Origin: Schizochytrium sp. TIO01
Lineage: Eukaryota > Protista > Bigyra: Labyrinthulomycetes
Direction: 5' to 3'
NCBI GenBank assembly: GCA_004764695.1
Contig: SMSO01000025.1
Span: 5,124,862-5,188,861, forward strand
DNA: 64,000 bases
Shown: positions 35,772 through 48,884 of the stretch, in pieces
How the letters are laid out: the number at the start of each line of letters is the position of its first letter
Position numbering within the stretch: position 1 is the stretch's first letter
Position numbers and translations under genes: made by a program
Notes under the pieces: model-generated
Database searches by the model: none
Seen by the model: the letters and a program-made list of their open reading frames with translations, nothing else
Told to the model about the DNA's origin: nothing

Positions 35772-37763
35772 TCAATCTGTCCTCGAAGCAGCCTTTGAAT
35801 CTTGAAGTTGTTTCTCGAGCTTTTGGTACGCTGCAACTGCGTGCTTGAGACGCAATTTCATTTCATCGTAAGCATCGCGCGTTGCCTGGTCCATACCAGC
35901 AGTCTCAAGTTGAGCAATTTTGCCTTGCAAATCAGCAACTTCAGCATTGTGTTTGACTTTTAGAGCCTTCGTCTTGGAATTTGCCTGTTTCAGCTGACTG
36001 GCAATTTCATAACGCGCCTTCTCTGCATCTTCACGAGACTCTCGCAAGCGTGCGATTTCAAGTTCTGCCTGACGCAGTTGCTCTTGTTGCTCATGAATTG
36101 TATTTTGTGCATCGGCAAGCTCCTGGTCCGCACGTGCAGTCTTTGCTTGGGCCTCCTTGACGGATTTTACCATTTCGTGCCGAGCACCCATAAGAGCTGT
36201 GATAATGCGGTCTTTACGTTTATTCTCTTTTTTCTCATCTTGCATACGCTTTAGAAGATCTCGGAATTTTTCGGTAATAGTCTGCATTTCTGCTCGTAAC
36301 TTGTGCGAAACGGAACTGCGATTTTCCAACTGTGCACATGCACCCGCATACATGTTTGAAAGAAGCTCCACATCCAAGGAAAGATGCTCAAAAGAACTTG
36401 CAGTAGTTTGGACAATCTCTTCTAGGTATTCGATGCGCGGGAACATGTAAGCTTGCTCCTCTTCCCTAGTTTTTGACTCCATGCGAAGCGCCTGATGAAC
36501 TTGTTCTAATTCATCTTGGAGTCTACCATTTTCCAGTAAAAGCTTTGCATTGCTTCCCTGTACATTAATAAGCCTTTGCTCGAAAACCAACAACTTTTGT
36601 CGAGCCTCTTCAATTCGTAACAGTTGTTTTCCGGCAAGATGCTTCTGGTTTGCTGGGGCGCGTTCTTCCTTGATGGATTTCAATGCTTCCTCTAGGAGGT
36701 GAACCTGTTTCAGTGCTGCCTTGTGTGCCTGAGCTGACGTTTTTGCGTCTGTGCGCAGCTGCTCGAGTTCATCTACAATATTTCCACCATCTCGAACATA
36801 CCCAAGCATTTCAAGAACATTTATTAGGTGCTTCATTTCTTGAATAAAGACCACTATAAGGCGGGTTAGCTGTGAACTGTTTGCAAAGAATTTTGTCATG
36901 AGCACATTGGTTTCATCTGATTTCTCAGGATCATTAAAACCGAGCTTGTACTCAGTAGTAGTTTTTTGAGCAATCGTTCCTTTAAGCACTGCGCACAATA
37001 AATCATGTTGTTTTTCAACAAGCTCCCTTACATTGTTGTGTGAAACAGCTGTTGTGCCGGAAACAGTTCTACCGGGTCGGGCGAATCCATTGTCAGCGGA
37101 GCACCCCTCGATTGGTGGTTGTGGATTTAGTGGTCTTGAGGACAGAGGTACTGAGGTAGAATTGTTGACTCTCAATTTGTTGGTGGGACTAATATTCTCT
37201 GTAATGGCTGGGTTAGTACGACGTTGAGCAAAAACAGGAAAATTCACAAGGTCTGATTCCAACGACTGCGCTCGCTCTAGTCGTATAGAGGAGGAACGAG
37301 AAGCATAGGTACTAACAAAATCATCTTCCGAAGCTACGGGAGGCGAGTTTGGTTCTGCCGATTTGTTGATGTCCTCGTAAAGGAGATGCAGTGAACGTAT
37401 GTCAGTTTTCAGACGACAGAGAAATTGCTGTGTAGCATATGCTTCTTCTTCTTCAGGGGTCTTTTGCATTAGAGATGTCAGAACAGGATTTTGACGTAGC
37501 GCCTTGCAAAATTGAAGCTGCATATCAATCTGTTGAGCAAAAACTTTAACATTCTGACGCCAGGTCGCCACAAGCGGCTTTCCCAATTCGTACCTCTGGT
37601 CGCCCTCCAACTGCTGGCGCATACTCACAGCTACATCCTGAAACGATCTCTTAAGTTTTCGTCCAGTTGCTAGTACCTTTTGGCCTTCGTGGAGGTACTC
37701 TGCTCCTTCTTCTTCGACGAAGTTTACAGCACCTGGATCGCCATCGCGTTTAGGGGAGATCAT
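35772..37763 (-). CDS. Uncharacterised coiled-coil protein (663 aa)
   Basis: Long intact ORF with a heptad-rich C-terminal half; no family recognised. Confidence 0.8.
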   Translation of the reverse strand: MISPKRDGDPGAVNFVEEEGAEYLHEGQKVLATGRKLKRSFQDVAVSMRQQLEGDQRYELGKPLVATWRQNVKVFAQQIDMQLQFCKALRQNPVLTSLMQKTPEEEEAYATQQFLCRLKTDIRSLHLLYEDINKSAEPNSPPVASEDDFVSTYASRSSSIRLERAQSLESDLVNFPVFAQRRTNPAITENISPTNKLRVNNSTSVPLSSRPLNPQPPIEGCSADNGFARPGRTVSGTTAVSHNNVRELVEKQHDLLCAVLKGTIAQKTTTEYKLGFNDPEKSDETNVLMTKFFANSSQLTRLIVVFIQEMKHLINVLEMLGYVRDGGNIVDELEQLRTDAKTSAQAHKAALKQVHLLEEALKSIKEERAPANQKHLAGKQLLRIEEARQKLLVFEQRLINVQGSNAKLLLENGRLQDELEQVHQALRMESKTREEEQAYMFPRIEYLEEIVQTTASSFEHLSLDVELLSNMYAGACAQLENRSSVSHKLRAEMQTITEKFRDLLKRMQDEKKENKRKDRIITALMGARHEMVKSVKEAQAKTARADQELADAQNTIHEQQEQLRQAELEIARLRESREDAEKARYEIASQLKQANSKTKALKVKHNAEVADLQGKIAQLETAGMDQATRDAYDEMKLRLKHAVAAYQKLEKQLQDSKAASRTD

Positions 37764-38191
37764 GTGCGAACTCCAAGAGTTCTATAACAGCACTATCAGC
37801 CTCGTGAGTCACCTATCAGAGTGACAATCGCCGCACTATGGCGTCGCACTGCGTTCAGTAGCGAATAGACCCAAATCCATGCGTCTTAAGAGAGCGTTAA
37901 GCGAAGTCAGCACTTGTGCAAGGAAAGCGAGCAAGAGTGGGCAAGACAAACTCAATGAGAAAGAAGAAGGCTTGAAAAAACAAAACAAAAAAACACGGGA
38001 CACATTTGCAACGTCCCGCTTACAACGGCTATAGAAGTCGATAACCAAATAGAGGTAAGAAGAATATATTGAGTAAAGAGAAAAGTATTTTTATAAACCC
38101 TTCCTCGGTTTGTGTAAAGAACAGCATGTGAGAAAGGTCAGGATTAGTTGTCAGTATGCAGTATTTGAAGGCATTTCTTCACTTCTTTATG

Positions 38192-38326
38192 AACAAACAA
38201 ACAAACAAACAAACAAACAAACAAACAAACAAACAAACAAACAAACAAACAAACAAACAAACAAACAAACAAACAAACAAACAAACAAACAAACAAACAA
38301 ACAAACAAACAAACAAACAAACAAAC
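38192..38326 (+). repeat. Perfect (AAAC)n microsatellite, about 33 units
   Basis: Directly visible in the sequence. Confidence 0.97.
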
Positions 38327-38822
38327 GAAAAGGCCCAAAATGATATAGAAGCAACATCAATGTGGAGACTAAGTAGTTGTAAAACCGAGCATCATTGACA
38401 TAACCAGATCTATCAAGACTAAAATATAATTGCAAAGAACAAAATCCAGGTTTTACTGAGCAATTATAACTCTTCTCCCCTATCGTTGGATCAAAAACCA
38501 TCTTTTGTCTATCATGGCTTAAAGATATAAGGACTGAGAATGCAGAGAAGAAAGTATGACGATTTCACGTTCTATCTCAGTGATACAGTGATATAGAAAA
38601 CATCCATCCCAGAAGCAGTACAAATCTTCAAATGCACGCTTGAGTATCTGTTGGAAGGGTATTTGTTGAGATAGAGACAATAAAAGAAGGCAATTGCAGA
38701 ATATTGGTGATTGGTAACGAAGAAGTAAAACATTGGCTCTTGGAGCGGCGCAGTTTGATCGAAAGAAAGGTTTATGATTTAGTGCGGGTAGGTGTTGTGT
38801 TGCTGTGCTTACTTACAGAAGC

Positions 38823-39803
38823 TCAAAGATCGTCGTCGTCTTCAGGGATAGGAACTGCGGCAGCAGCCTGGAGCTCTGCCTCGGCCTGACGCTGCTGCTC
38901 TTCGTCGACGGTGGCCGTTGGGGGTCGGAGAGCGGGGGCGGCCACAATGTTGAGGTCGGGGCGGCCGACGAGTTTTCTGGCGAGCCAGAGGAAGGGCTTC
39001 TCAAAGTGGTAGTTACTCTTGGCCGAGATGTCGTAGTAGGGGAGGTTCTTCTTGCGGTGGAAGAGCACCTGTTTAGCCTTAACCTTGCGCTCCTTAATGT
39101 CGACCTTGTTACCGACGAGAACGATGGGAATCACATCGCACACACGGACCAAGTCACGGTGCCAGTTGGGCACGTGCTTGTAGGTAATGCGGGAGGTAAC
39201 GTCGAACATGATGATGGCACACTCACCCTGGATGTAGTAACCATCACGAAGACCACCGTACTTCTCCTGACCAGCGGTATCCCACACGTTGAATTTGATT
39301 TTGCCGTGGTTGGTGTGAAAGTCGAGAGGGTGCACCTCTACACCGAGAGTGGCGACATATTTCTTCTCGAACTCACCGGTAAGGTGGCGCTTCACAAAGG
39401 TGGTCTTGCCAACACCACCATCACCCACAAGGATGAGCTTGAACTCGGGGACAACCTCCTGTGCCTGTGGATTGTTCAATCAGAGGTTCCGTAATGCATA
39501 TTATAGATATTTCATGTTTTGGTTCCACAGATCAAGAAAGAAGAAGATGAACGGATTCCCACCATAGGCGACCGAGGAAATTTTGGAGTAATGCGTTCGT
39601 CAGCCCGGGCGATTTACGTAAAGTAATCCACACAATTTTCCAGTTAAGCCATTCGAGTAAACACCAGTTTACCATCGATCCGCAAGATAAGGGAATCATA
39701 GAATCAAAACACCACAGAGCAAGTCAACGTTGTTGAATAACCGTCAGTTTCCATTCACTTGACCATCACCGCACAGACATTCTCTTGTGCTCTCACGTAC
39801 CAT
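38823..39803 (-). CDS. RAN: Ran GTPase; first coding exon is the ATG alone (39803-39801), exon 2 is 39464-38823
   Basis: [53 protein letters not shown] and an acidic DDDDL tail. AAAAAATG|GTACGT donor and CCACAG acceptor give [11 protein letters not shown]. Confidence 0.96.
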
Positions 39804-41077
39804 TTTTTCTCCAGGTACCTAGCGTTAGCGCCCGGAAGCTCTGGACGATTGCGCTATTATATAGAAAACCGAACTGTGCATTGCAATCCATAACAAACAG
39901 ACACACGAGTCCGCCATCGCCACCGAAAATCCAATCAAATGTTCATAAGATTCCAATCAATTCGCCAGAGAGATGCATCAATTAAGCACTAAACCAGTCA
40001 GTTTCCAGCTTCTTTAAATTCCAATCATCATACTCAGCGACGCTGCCTTGCCTCCGCCCGCCTATTCCACTCCTCCTCGCGAATAGCCTCCTTCAATCAT
40101 CAGCAGGCTATGTATCCATCTATCCATCTATCTAGATGTCCCTATGAATAGCTAACACTCGCCTAGCCCTCCTTCCATATATAGATTATCTCCTGCCAGT
40201 TATTCGCCGCTCTTCCTTGCTTAAGGACGCTAATAGCAACGCGAGGGTCTAATAGGAACCATTAGGGGCGAAGCGGTGGCCATGAAGCCGCCGGTTTTCA
40301 CGCCGAGAGCGGGGCTCTTGCGCAGATTATGGCTTTCCACGAGCGTGAAGGAGGGCGTTATTCATTCCTGCGAGGGTGCCTGCGGCGTCCTCTCCCGTTT
40401 TCTGCCAGCTTCGTGCCTCTGGGGCCGACTGTCTCAGGTCCATGGCAGCAGAGCAATGATTCATTCATGAAGCCCTCATTAAGGCATGCCGCAGCCCGGG
40501 AGGTCCGCCGCTCCGCCCTCGGCACCTGTGCTCCACCCCTGTGCGCCAGGGCTCTCTCGAGCGCCCACCCGCGCCGCGCCGCTGCTCCCTCGCGCCCGTC
40601 CTCGTAGTCCGGCAACCTACCTGTCGTCGCGGTTGGTCGTTTGTTATCTATCTCTCTTTCTCTCTTCTCCTTTTTTCTATCTTACTTCTCCTCCTACTTT
40701 CCCCTCCTACGACCCTCCTACCTTTATCCCTACCACTGGCCCTCCTTAGCCTTTGCTACCGCCGCTAGGCCTTCTCCTTCTTCTCCTTTCTTCTTCTGTT
40801 TCTTCTGTTTCTTCTCCTTAATCCGCCATCTCATTGCTATCCGGACGCCCTCTTAAAAACAGGCGCCTTTCCGAAGGAGTAGCTGGGCGCCTAGCTGGCC
40901 CCTAGCCGGTCCTACGCGCCTCAGCTTCCGCTCTCTTTCACTCCTCCTTTGCCTTATTATCCAACTCTTCTTCGGTTTTACCCAATTCGAAAGTGAGAGC
41001 ACAGTCGAAAAAGAAACTCTTTCTCAGGGTATGCGTCTATCTAGGGGAAACGGTAGGCCTGGCTACAACAGCGGGAT

Positions 41078-41078
41078 G

Positions 41079-41140
<62 letters not shown>
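41078..41140 (+). repeat. Compound (CT)n(CTTT)n microsatellite
   Basis: Directly visible in the sequence. Confidence 0.9.
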
Positions 41141-41141
<1 letters not shown>

Positions 41142-41330
41142 CGCGCTCACTCTCCACATTTGGTCTTTGCTCGCTTGCGTTGCTCGCTCGCCGAAGGAGG
41201 GATGTGGAGAGCTGGTCAGCTGGCATCGCTCGGAAGGCCGCCGGCAAGCAGGTCCCCGAAAACCTGGACGCTTCGCCCGGCTAATTGGCGATTTCTTGAT
41301 CGATTTCGAGATTCTGCTCCAAGATTTGAT

Positions 41331-41369
41331 TTCATTCATTCATTCATTCATTCATTCATTCATTCATTC
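41331..41369 (+). repeat. (ATTC)n microsatellite; an imperfect (GAAT)n tract in the opposite orientation lies at about 42358-42400
   Basis: Directly visible in the sequence. Confidence 0.85.
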
Positions 41370-43011
41370 GTTCTTTTTTTCATGATTCTTTCTTTTTCGT
41401 GATTCTTTCTTTTTCATTTTCTTTCATTCTTTTGCTCATTCTTTTGCTCCTCAAAAGTCGCATATCTTGCTTGTCAAGTCTGTCTTCGATCGCCGGGTTT
41501 CCTGTGTTTGCACGCTTCGATGCACTCGACGGCCGTACTGCCTTCACACGAGACTCGCGCTGGCTTTGCGGGAGTTTACTTGGGTTGAGAAAGCTCAATT
41601 GGGTTCGCTCGAATTGAATTGATTGCGGTGGATTGGGTTCGCCCAAGGAGATGTATGTTCTGCATTCTTCCCCTTTTCTCCTGCTTTTCCTGCGGCTTTT
41701 CGTCAGCCTGGTTCTTCACAAACCAGAACTTCGAGACGAGAGAGACTCCAAGGCAAGCATCTTCGGCACCGCCGGCAGCTCCACCTCTGCTCCAAATGCC
41801 GCGCCATCATCGTCTTCGCTGCCCTGAGGCCACTCTCAATCTTCGACCTCACGATTCACGATCGATCGATTTATCGATCCATCGATCGCAATTCCACATC
41901 CAAAAGATATTCAATACTTTCCCTTCAAATCTATTAATACACATTTCGAGACACTTTTCAAGGGCCAGTAGGACCCAGCTACTACCCCTAGCCCTCCAGA
42001 CCGCCCCGCCTCTCTATACTCGTAGTAGAAAAAGCCCTCCGAGCGATGCAGACGTCCCCCCATTGCTCATACGGGCGGTTTCGTTTCACCGCAGGCCGCC
42101 CACCACTCTCCACTGGGCTAACTCTCCCTGCATTTTACATAGTTAATTGCGGTAGGACCTCAGAAAGTTCTCGCCGTCCCTGCTTTCCATTAAAGGCGCC
42201 TTCTTGCGTTTGCGATGCAGATACAGGGTTAACCAGGCCATCCCAGCCAGGTGAGGCTAACGGCGGCAGGTCGAGGATATCCTCGGTCTCTCCGGGGCTC
42301 TCCCGCACCATTAAGGTGGATCATGGACCCTGAAGTTAAGGTGTTTCTGCGTATGAGAGAATGAACGAATGAATGAGTGAATGAATGAGTGAATGAATGA
42401 TCACAAAGAGGGGCCGCCCGTTACGCGCATCGCCGCTGCGCGGGGGGGTTTCGCACGCGGCTGTGGCCTCTCCGCTGCCTGGGAGCGCAGCGGCGGCGCC
42501 GGGATAACCGCCGCAGAGGCTGGGCCTCCAGCCGCGCCGGCGAGAGCCCGTTTTCGCCCGTGTCAGAGGCTCGCGACGGGTCGAACCCGCATCCCGGGGT
42601 TAACAGAGATATGGCGCAAAGCAGCGCCGGAATAAGTGGAGGGAATAAGGGGAATGGAGGGAATGAAGGGAGCATGAATAAAAGACAGGGGGCGAGAATA
42701 TGAGACGGGCGGCGTATTTTATTGTCGCAGCGCTGGCAAGAGAGCATTTCCGATTCTGGGAGAGGATTGCCTGAGACGATTGCTCGTCGCGGAAGGGAGT
42801 AGCGGCGCTGAGGACAGGGAGCTGCGCAAAAGCCTGCAGAGGGGATTGGGCTGAGCACGAGGAAGATCCTGGCGTTAGTGTTTGCTGCAAGGACCAGGGG
42901 CGGCGGAGAGAAAAGGGAGTGGGGAGGACCAGGAACGGCGGCTCTCGGTCGGTGGCGAGATACTTTAGCGCTGAGGGACTCTTTCGCGTGGAATCAAGCC
43001 TCTGAAGCGAG

Positions 43012-43347
43012 ATGGCAGCGAAGCACCATGCAGATCTAGTTCTGTGCCGCAAGATCTCCGGGGTGGCTGTCGGCAAGGTCTGTGAGAAGCATGACGGTCA
43101 GTGCCCGATCTGTGACTCTTTCGTGCGCCCGGATACCCTGGTTCATGTCTGCGATGAGCACAATTATGGATCTATGCAGGGAAAATGCGTCATTTGCAAT
43201 GCTCCGGGCACCTCCGAAGCGTATTATTGCAAAGAGTGTGTTTTGCAAGAGAAAGACCGGGATGGTTGTCCCAAGGTAATTAATCTTGGCACTTCACGAG
43301 CTGATAATTTCTATGAACAACAAAAGTATGGCTTCACCAAGCGCTAA
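43012..43347 (+). CDS. PHF5A: SF3b subunit PHF5A/Rds3
   Basis: Colinear with PHF5A: [53 protein letters not shown]. Confidence 0.97.
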   Translation: MAAKHHADLVLCRKISGVAVGKVCEKHDGQCPICDSFVRPDTLVHVCDEHNYGSMQGKCVICNAPGTSEAYYCKECVLQEKDRDGCPKVINLGTSRADNFYEQQKYGFTKR

Positions 43348-45850
43348 GAACCGGGAGAGGCCAATGACTAATCCTCCATTTTCTTTTGATGGGGGTGACA
43401 ACTGTATTTTTGCTTTAACACCTGCTGTTGTGTATGCATATTTTATTGCTATGCAGCAGGTATTAAAATCTTCGTTAAAAATCTTGAAAACCGTATCCTA
43501 AATCTTGTGCTCAGTAATAATTTCATGAAGAACATTTTTTTCCGTTCATTCCATCATGCCTCAGAGCCTTCCTTGTTGGTTGCTACATCTTTTGATTAAG
43601 TTTTGCAATGTCGTGGTGTGTCCGTTTATCTTGACAAATTATGAGGCTGGGGATTGTGTTTCAGAGTTATATGTCTATCATTGGAGTATATTTATGGGAA
43701 CTACCGTGTTTACTTACTAGATAAGAGGCAATATAACTCCCCACGACACTCTTTAGCAACGATTTTATGCTGCCTGCCTTGTTTCGCGCAGTATTCACAG
43801 CATTGTATTTTGGTGCTATCTTGTCATTTACATGTAGTTTGCCGTCAAGAACTCCAAATCTTTTCTTGCTCTTACTGTAGGTGTATCTAACACTTATTAG
43901 GTTATTACCTACTTTCCGCGGTAATAAGAATCTTAAGATTTTGAACTAAATTTTTGCAAGAAGGATAGGCTAATTACATTCCTTAACATTTATTTGGTAA
44001 CTCTTTGCCTCTTTATACAGCTAACATACCCATATGAAAGGTTCATAGTGAGAGTACAAAGCTTGGGGTATCTAAGCTCTGGCCAGCATTATGCTTTGCC
44101 GCGGGTACTATGGTTTTACTTGGGGTTTTACCCAGGTCTGATGTTTTGTCTTCTCAATATCTGATGAGTCTCAGTCATTAGTATTATGATTGTTTTATGT
44201 TTTGTTTTAAAACTTGAAATAAAATAGTACTACGCCATGTCAAGTAGTCAAAATAATAAATAAATATAGAGATGAAAAGATGGTGATCAATAATAAAATA
44301 ATAAAACTACTTTAGCTACAGGCAGAGGTACAGGAGAAAGTAACCACCTAGTTATGTATTCAACGAGCTCGCCACCACGATTTCCTTCTTTCGTTTCTCC
44401 AAGCCTGCGCCCACTCCTAGTATGACGGGCGATGATGTCATATACACAACTTGAATGCCAGCACTAATAAATTGACAATGATCTTCACAAAGTAGGAGGG
44501 TGTGCACCTCCCTCCTATCAAGGGTGATACCTTGTGCTGCAGCTGCACTTCTCCTCGTGCACGAGCGTGTCACGCGGTACCTAACTTTTTATCCAAGGTT
44601 CGGTGCGTGGACTCTTGCCTGCAAAGTGTCAGTTACACTGCAGCTCTGCGACTTGAAGGGTAGAGAAAGATTTCGCAAGCAAGATTTAAGCTAAGCAAGC
44701 TGAAGTATTTAGAGTCTGTACACCGGTGCAAACTGTGTGCCGAAGATTCTCAGGCCCCATCCCAGTTTAAAGTTTTTGGGGGGTAAAATTAAATTGACGG
44801 TACCTACTAAGCCTGCTTATCTGCAAAGAAGAGCTGCGCTGCAGACCTGAGATGGGCCTATGCGCCTCACGAACGCCGACCTCTCTCTCTCTTCCGAGAA
44901 TCGCAAGGAAGCTCCTCGTGTAGGAATAAAGGCGAGCGAGATGTTGTCCGGAATCAAATTTCCTTAACTTCTCCTGCTCACAAATAAATGTCCTTGCCCA
45001 AGCATGATGACGATCAAATATTGTGCAACAATATGCTTACCACAAGTATCACTTTAGCTTGAAGCACGCCTGCGTACGGCACCAAGTAGGGCAGATATCG
45101 CCCTGTGACATAAACCTAGCAGCCTGGCTAGCTAGATCAAGTCGACTGATGATAATGATGATGGCGGTGGTCGTTTCGAGTTGCTCCCCAGATTTCTTAT
45201 CTCACTAGCTAGAGTAATTTTATGCGAACTAATCGGCAAGAAGAACTCCATGGTACACGACCCAGTGTATGCTATGTCAATGAAAATTGATCACTCTTGC
45301 TCTGATGTTGTTCGCGCTTGTGCAACATCGAATGCGAAGATCGTTTACAGCACTAGCCAAAGGCGCTTTGGAGAGAGGATAGAATTCAAAGAGGCTAAGA
45401 TACAGTGCAGCTCTCTGAGGGATTTGTCAAAGAGCATGGGAAAAGGTTTGATGCTAGATTTAAGAAGTCTTTGAATCTGGTGTGCGAGGCTCTCAGTTTG
45501 AGTTCTCCGATTTGAAGTTCACAACGACATGGCATGCGCACCGACACGGCTGTGCTACGATTCCCTCGGTGTGCGATTGGTGTTGTTCTATTGAGCTCAA
45601 GGAGGAGTCACTCATGCAAGTCCCTCGCTCCGCCGCCTTCCTACCCGCGCACATTCGAATTTTGAGTTGGCTTGGCCTTTCATGGGTGCACGCCACCCTC
45701 TTCTAACCCCCCTTGAGAAATTCAAGCCGGGGTCCAAGAGTCTCCAGCATCAATAAATCTTCGATCGAGCAGAGGATATCGCCTATGCTGCACAGCTCAC
45801 TTGAAAGAGGTTCTGCTAGGTGGCTCAAACACATTCGGAAAGTACCACCC

Positions 45851-45892
45851 GCTTGCTTGCTTGCTTGCTTGCTCGCTCGCTCGCTCGCTCGT
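45851..45892 (+). repeat. (GCTT)n(GCTC)n microsatellite
   Basis: Directly visible in the sequence. Confidence 0.85.
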
Positions 45893-46097
45893 TCGCTGGC
45901 TAAGCACATGGACGAGAGTGGATATTCCCTCGCACAGTGGGTTTCGTTTCCCCGCTTTCTTCTTCCTGGCACTTCCCTCACATTCGTCTGAGTACCTGCG
46001 CACTCAAATCTCACTCAAAAGCTGTTTGGTTCTGCGAATAATTTAGAAATTCCATCCGCACTTCGGACTTATTCACGATAATTAGAAAAGATCAAAT

Positions 46098-46375
46098 TTC
46101 AAATTCAAATATCCTAGTTCAAAATCCAAAGCTCGAATTCAAATTGAATCCCCAGACCTCGGTGGGAATCCAAGCATTCGTCGCGCTCGATCAAACCAAA
46201 CCCAGGACTAGCTACAGCCTGCAAGTCCCGGGCACGTGGAATTCGACTTGGCAAATTTCCTTCCCTTTTTGTCGTTCGTCTACATTTGCGTGAAGGTTTC
46301 AAATCGCTTCAGGTTGTCATCACCATCGCCGGGGTAGCACGGGCATTGGCGTTGCGGGCGGCGGTGATATTCGAA
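46098..46375. promoter_or_regulatory. Cluster of six TTCAAA/TTCGAA (CHR-like TTYGAA) motifs; candidate promoter
   Basis: Motifs at 46098, 46104, 46118, 46138, 46298 and 46370. A similar cluster lies at 28237-28378, upstream of the IQ gene. Confidence 0.3.
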
Positions 46376-48884
46376 ATTCGAGCCTGAAGAACAAGTTTCT
46401 TGCGTAGACTCGGTTTGGGGCTCGGGGTCTAGTTGATTTGCCCGGCAAAACGCTTAGAACGCAGCAGGAGACGACCGGCAACTCGTGAAGGGATCTACGC
46501 AGGAACTAGCGATTTGCTATAGGTTGGTTCGTCCGTCCGTGCCTGCGAAGCGTTGACGAAGTGGCATCAGCTCGAAGAGGGTGGAGCAAGAGAAGTAGAC
46601 TTGAGCGAGCACGAAGGCTAACGAAAAGTTGAACCCAAGCCTAAAGTTGCTGCCGGGCATACTTGTAATCACTTATAATATCTCAGACCTCAAGTCGAAT
46701 TTTGGAGAAGAGGGAAGCTGGGACGAAACATAGAACTGTGTTCTTGCGGTGTTTTCTTCTTCTTTGCCTTTTTTAATTTTATTTTTTACAGAAGGAACAT
46801 CAGTCGTAGATGCGCTTCAGTGTGGACGGAAAGTCATTCGTGAGAACTCTGTACGTTCTTCTGCAGGACTTCCTGAGCAAATTACGACGGCGGGAGCAAA
46901 ATTAAAGAAGAGATTTTGAGAAAAAAACAAAAAAACAAAAAACAAAAAAGAAAGCTGATTGTCCAACCACACAAGACTCAGGGTGTTCCTAACTTCTATA
47001 GTACCACTTTCAAACTTACACGCGCAAGCTTGCAATCTCAACCAACGACTAGGTAAGCTGGCGACACGAATCTTATCTTCTCTCATACGTTGCAAAGAAA
47101 GAGTGTACAGAAGCTTGAAGACAGCTCAGAAGCTCAAGGTTGGGCTGGAAAGACCACAGAAGAAGAAACAATAGACGCTGGTTATTTTAATTGAGAGCTC
47201 ATATTACCTAGTTATCTACTAGCCGTCGCACATTTTTTAGGTTACCATCTTCTTTTTCTACTGCAGTTTTTTATTTCGCAGCGTCGCGAGTTCTTTTTCC
47301 AACATTCGTTCGTTTCGTTTCAACTCTTTTTCATTCTTTTCACAGATCGAAGTGAAACTAAAGTTGAATTTCAAAGAATTCGGGCTAAGAATTGAGTCTC
47401 TTCGATTCCGCGATAGCGTTTGGGCAGCGAAAGCAGCAGTCTCTTTTGTATACCATACGCGCCTCACCCTTTTCAAATTAAAGCCTGACAATTCGAGAGT
47501 AAGTAGAAGTGAGGATTGTGACTGAGTCAGTGACCTGAGAAAGTGAGAGAAAAGGTAAGATAAGAAATTCAAGGAGAAGAGACTAGAGGATAGGAGCAGC
47601 AGGAGGGACATCAGCTCCAGAAGCATCAGAGATTAAGCTTCTACTTGGAGAATTGCAGTTCTAGGTTTCGCCTTACATCATTGTCCTTAAATTAACCCGC
47701 TTCCACGTTTTCTCAATATACAACTTGCTGTCTCTCTTCATCTTTTTGAAAGTTTGCAACAGGCAGTCAATTAAATACTATTGCAAGTGGCAAGGAGAAC
47801 TAAAACAGTCAAAGCAGTCAGAGTAAAGAAACAAACACTCAACGTCAGAGGTATAGGACTAGACCTGGATAACAAGCAGAACCTCGCTTCTTGCGTGTGT
47901 GCAAAAGGCAAGGTCTTGTTTATGAGAGAGGGGTCGAGAAAGTCTCGCTCCACTACAAGTGTTCGTCGCAGGTGATAGCAGCCCCCGCCATCCCGTGTCG
48001 GGTGTTCTTGACCTTCTCGTCAAGCGGTCACGGCGGTCGAAGTCGAATTCCTGCGCAGATTCATTTCATTCCCTCAGTAAAAAAGAAACAAAGAAAGAAC
48101 AACTCAGAAAGGAAAGAAACAAACAAACAGTCAATCAATCAGGGAAACAAACATCCAAAACAAGTAAAGACGCCTGGTGCTTAAACTCGCTGCCAGGTCG
48201 AACATCGGGTTGTGCTTGCTCCAGCGCAACGTGTTGGTTTGCAACTCGCTAGTCTCGCTCAACTCGTGGGTAACCTCTCTCTCTGTGGTAGCTCTGGTGA
48301 GTCGCAACACAGAGAGAGAGAGGGGAAGGAAGGAAGGAAGAAAAGCGAAGGGAGAGAGCTCACGAGTCTTCCTGGTAGTATATAGAAGAAGAGGCTTCGA
48401 TCTGGTTGTTGTAATATTTGCTTCTGGTCTTTTGCTTGTTGCTAGCTTGTCTGCTGTGAGTTAGTGAGTGAGTGAGCTTGAGTTTTCCTGGTTTGCCTCT
48501 TGCTGTGAAACGACCGCTTGGCTCTGAGCAACAGATAAACTTGGCCCCGTGTGGTGTTGTAGAGACAACAGCAGCGCCGAGACCGACTAGGGAAGTGGCC
48601 TTCCCGTTGCAAGGGTAGATCGTGCTCGTGAGCTGGCTGTTGAGTCTCGAGCGGAGGAAGCACAGTTAGGTGTCGGCGGCGAGACGTGCCTGGAAACGCA
48701 CGTAGGCCAAGCTTTACTGTGAAGAGAAAAGGCGTGCTCCAAGGCGGTGTTGACAAAGCTCTGCAAGCTCTCTCGTGAAGTGGTCGGTACAGGTGCGAGC
48801 AAGCGGCGTAGCGGGCTGGCTACCTAGGTGGACAACCACGTCCATATCTGTGAAGAGAAGAAATTAACATACTGTGGAAACATC

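Noticed and set aside
38110-38501. ORFs with KQTN/LFVC repeats
   Set aside because: They are translations of the (AAAC)n microsatellite.
42560-42632. tRNA-Asn-like string on the minus strand (CTGTTAACC...GGTTCGACCC)
   Set aside because: The anticodon and acceptor stems do not pair and the T-loop length is wrong, so there is no cloverleaf.
40276-42858. Many overlapping short ORFs in GC-rich patches
   Set aside because: Stop depletion from GC content and microsatellites explains them; the region looks promoter-like.
45125-45145. Partial U2 snRNA-like words (ggctag...agatcaagt)
   Set aside because: The branch-pairing GTGTAGTA motif and the Sm site are absent.
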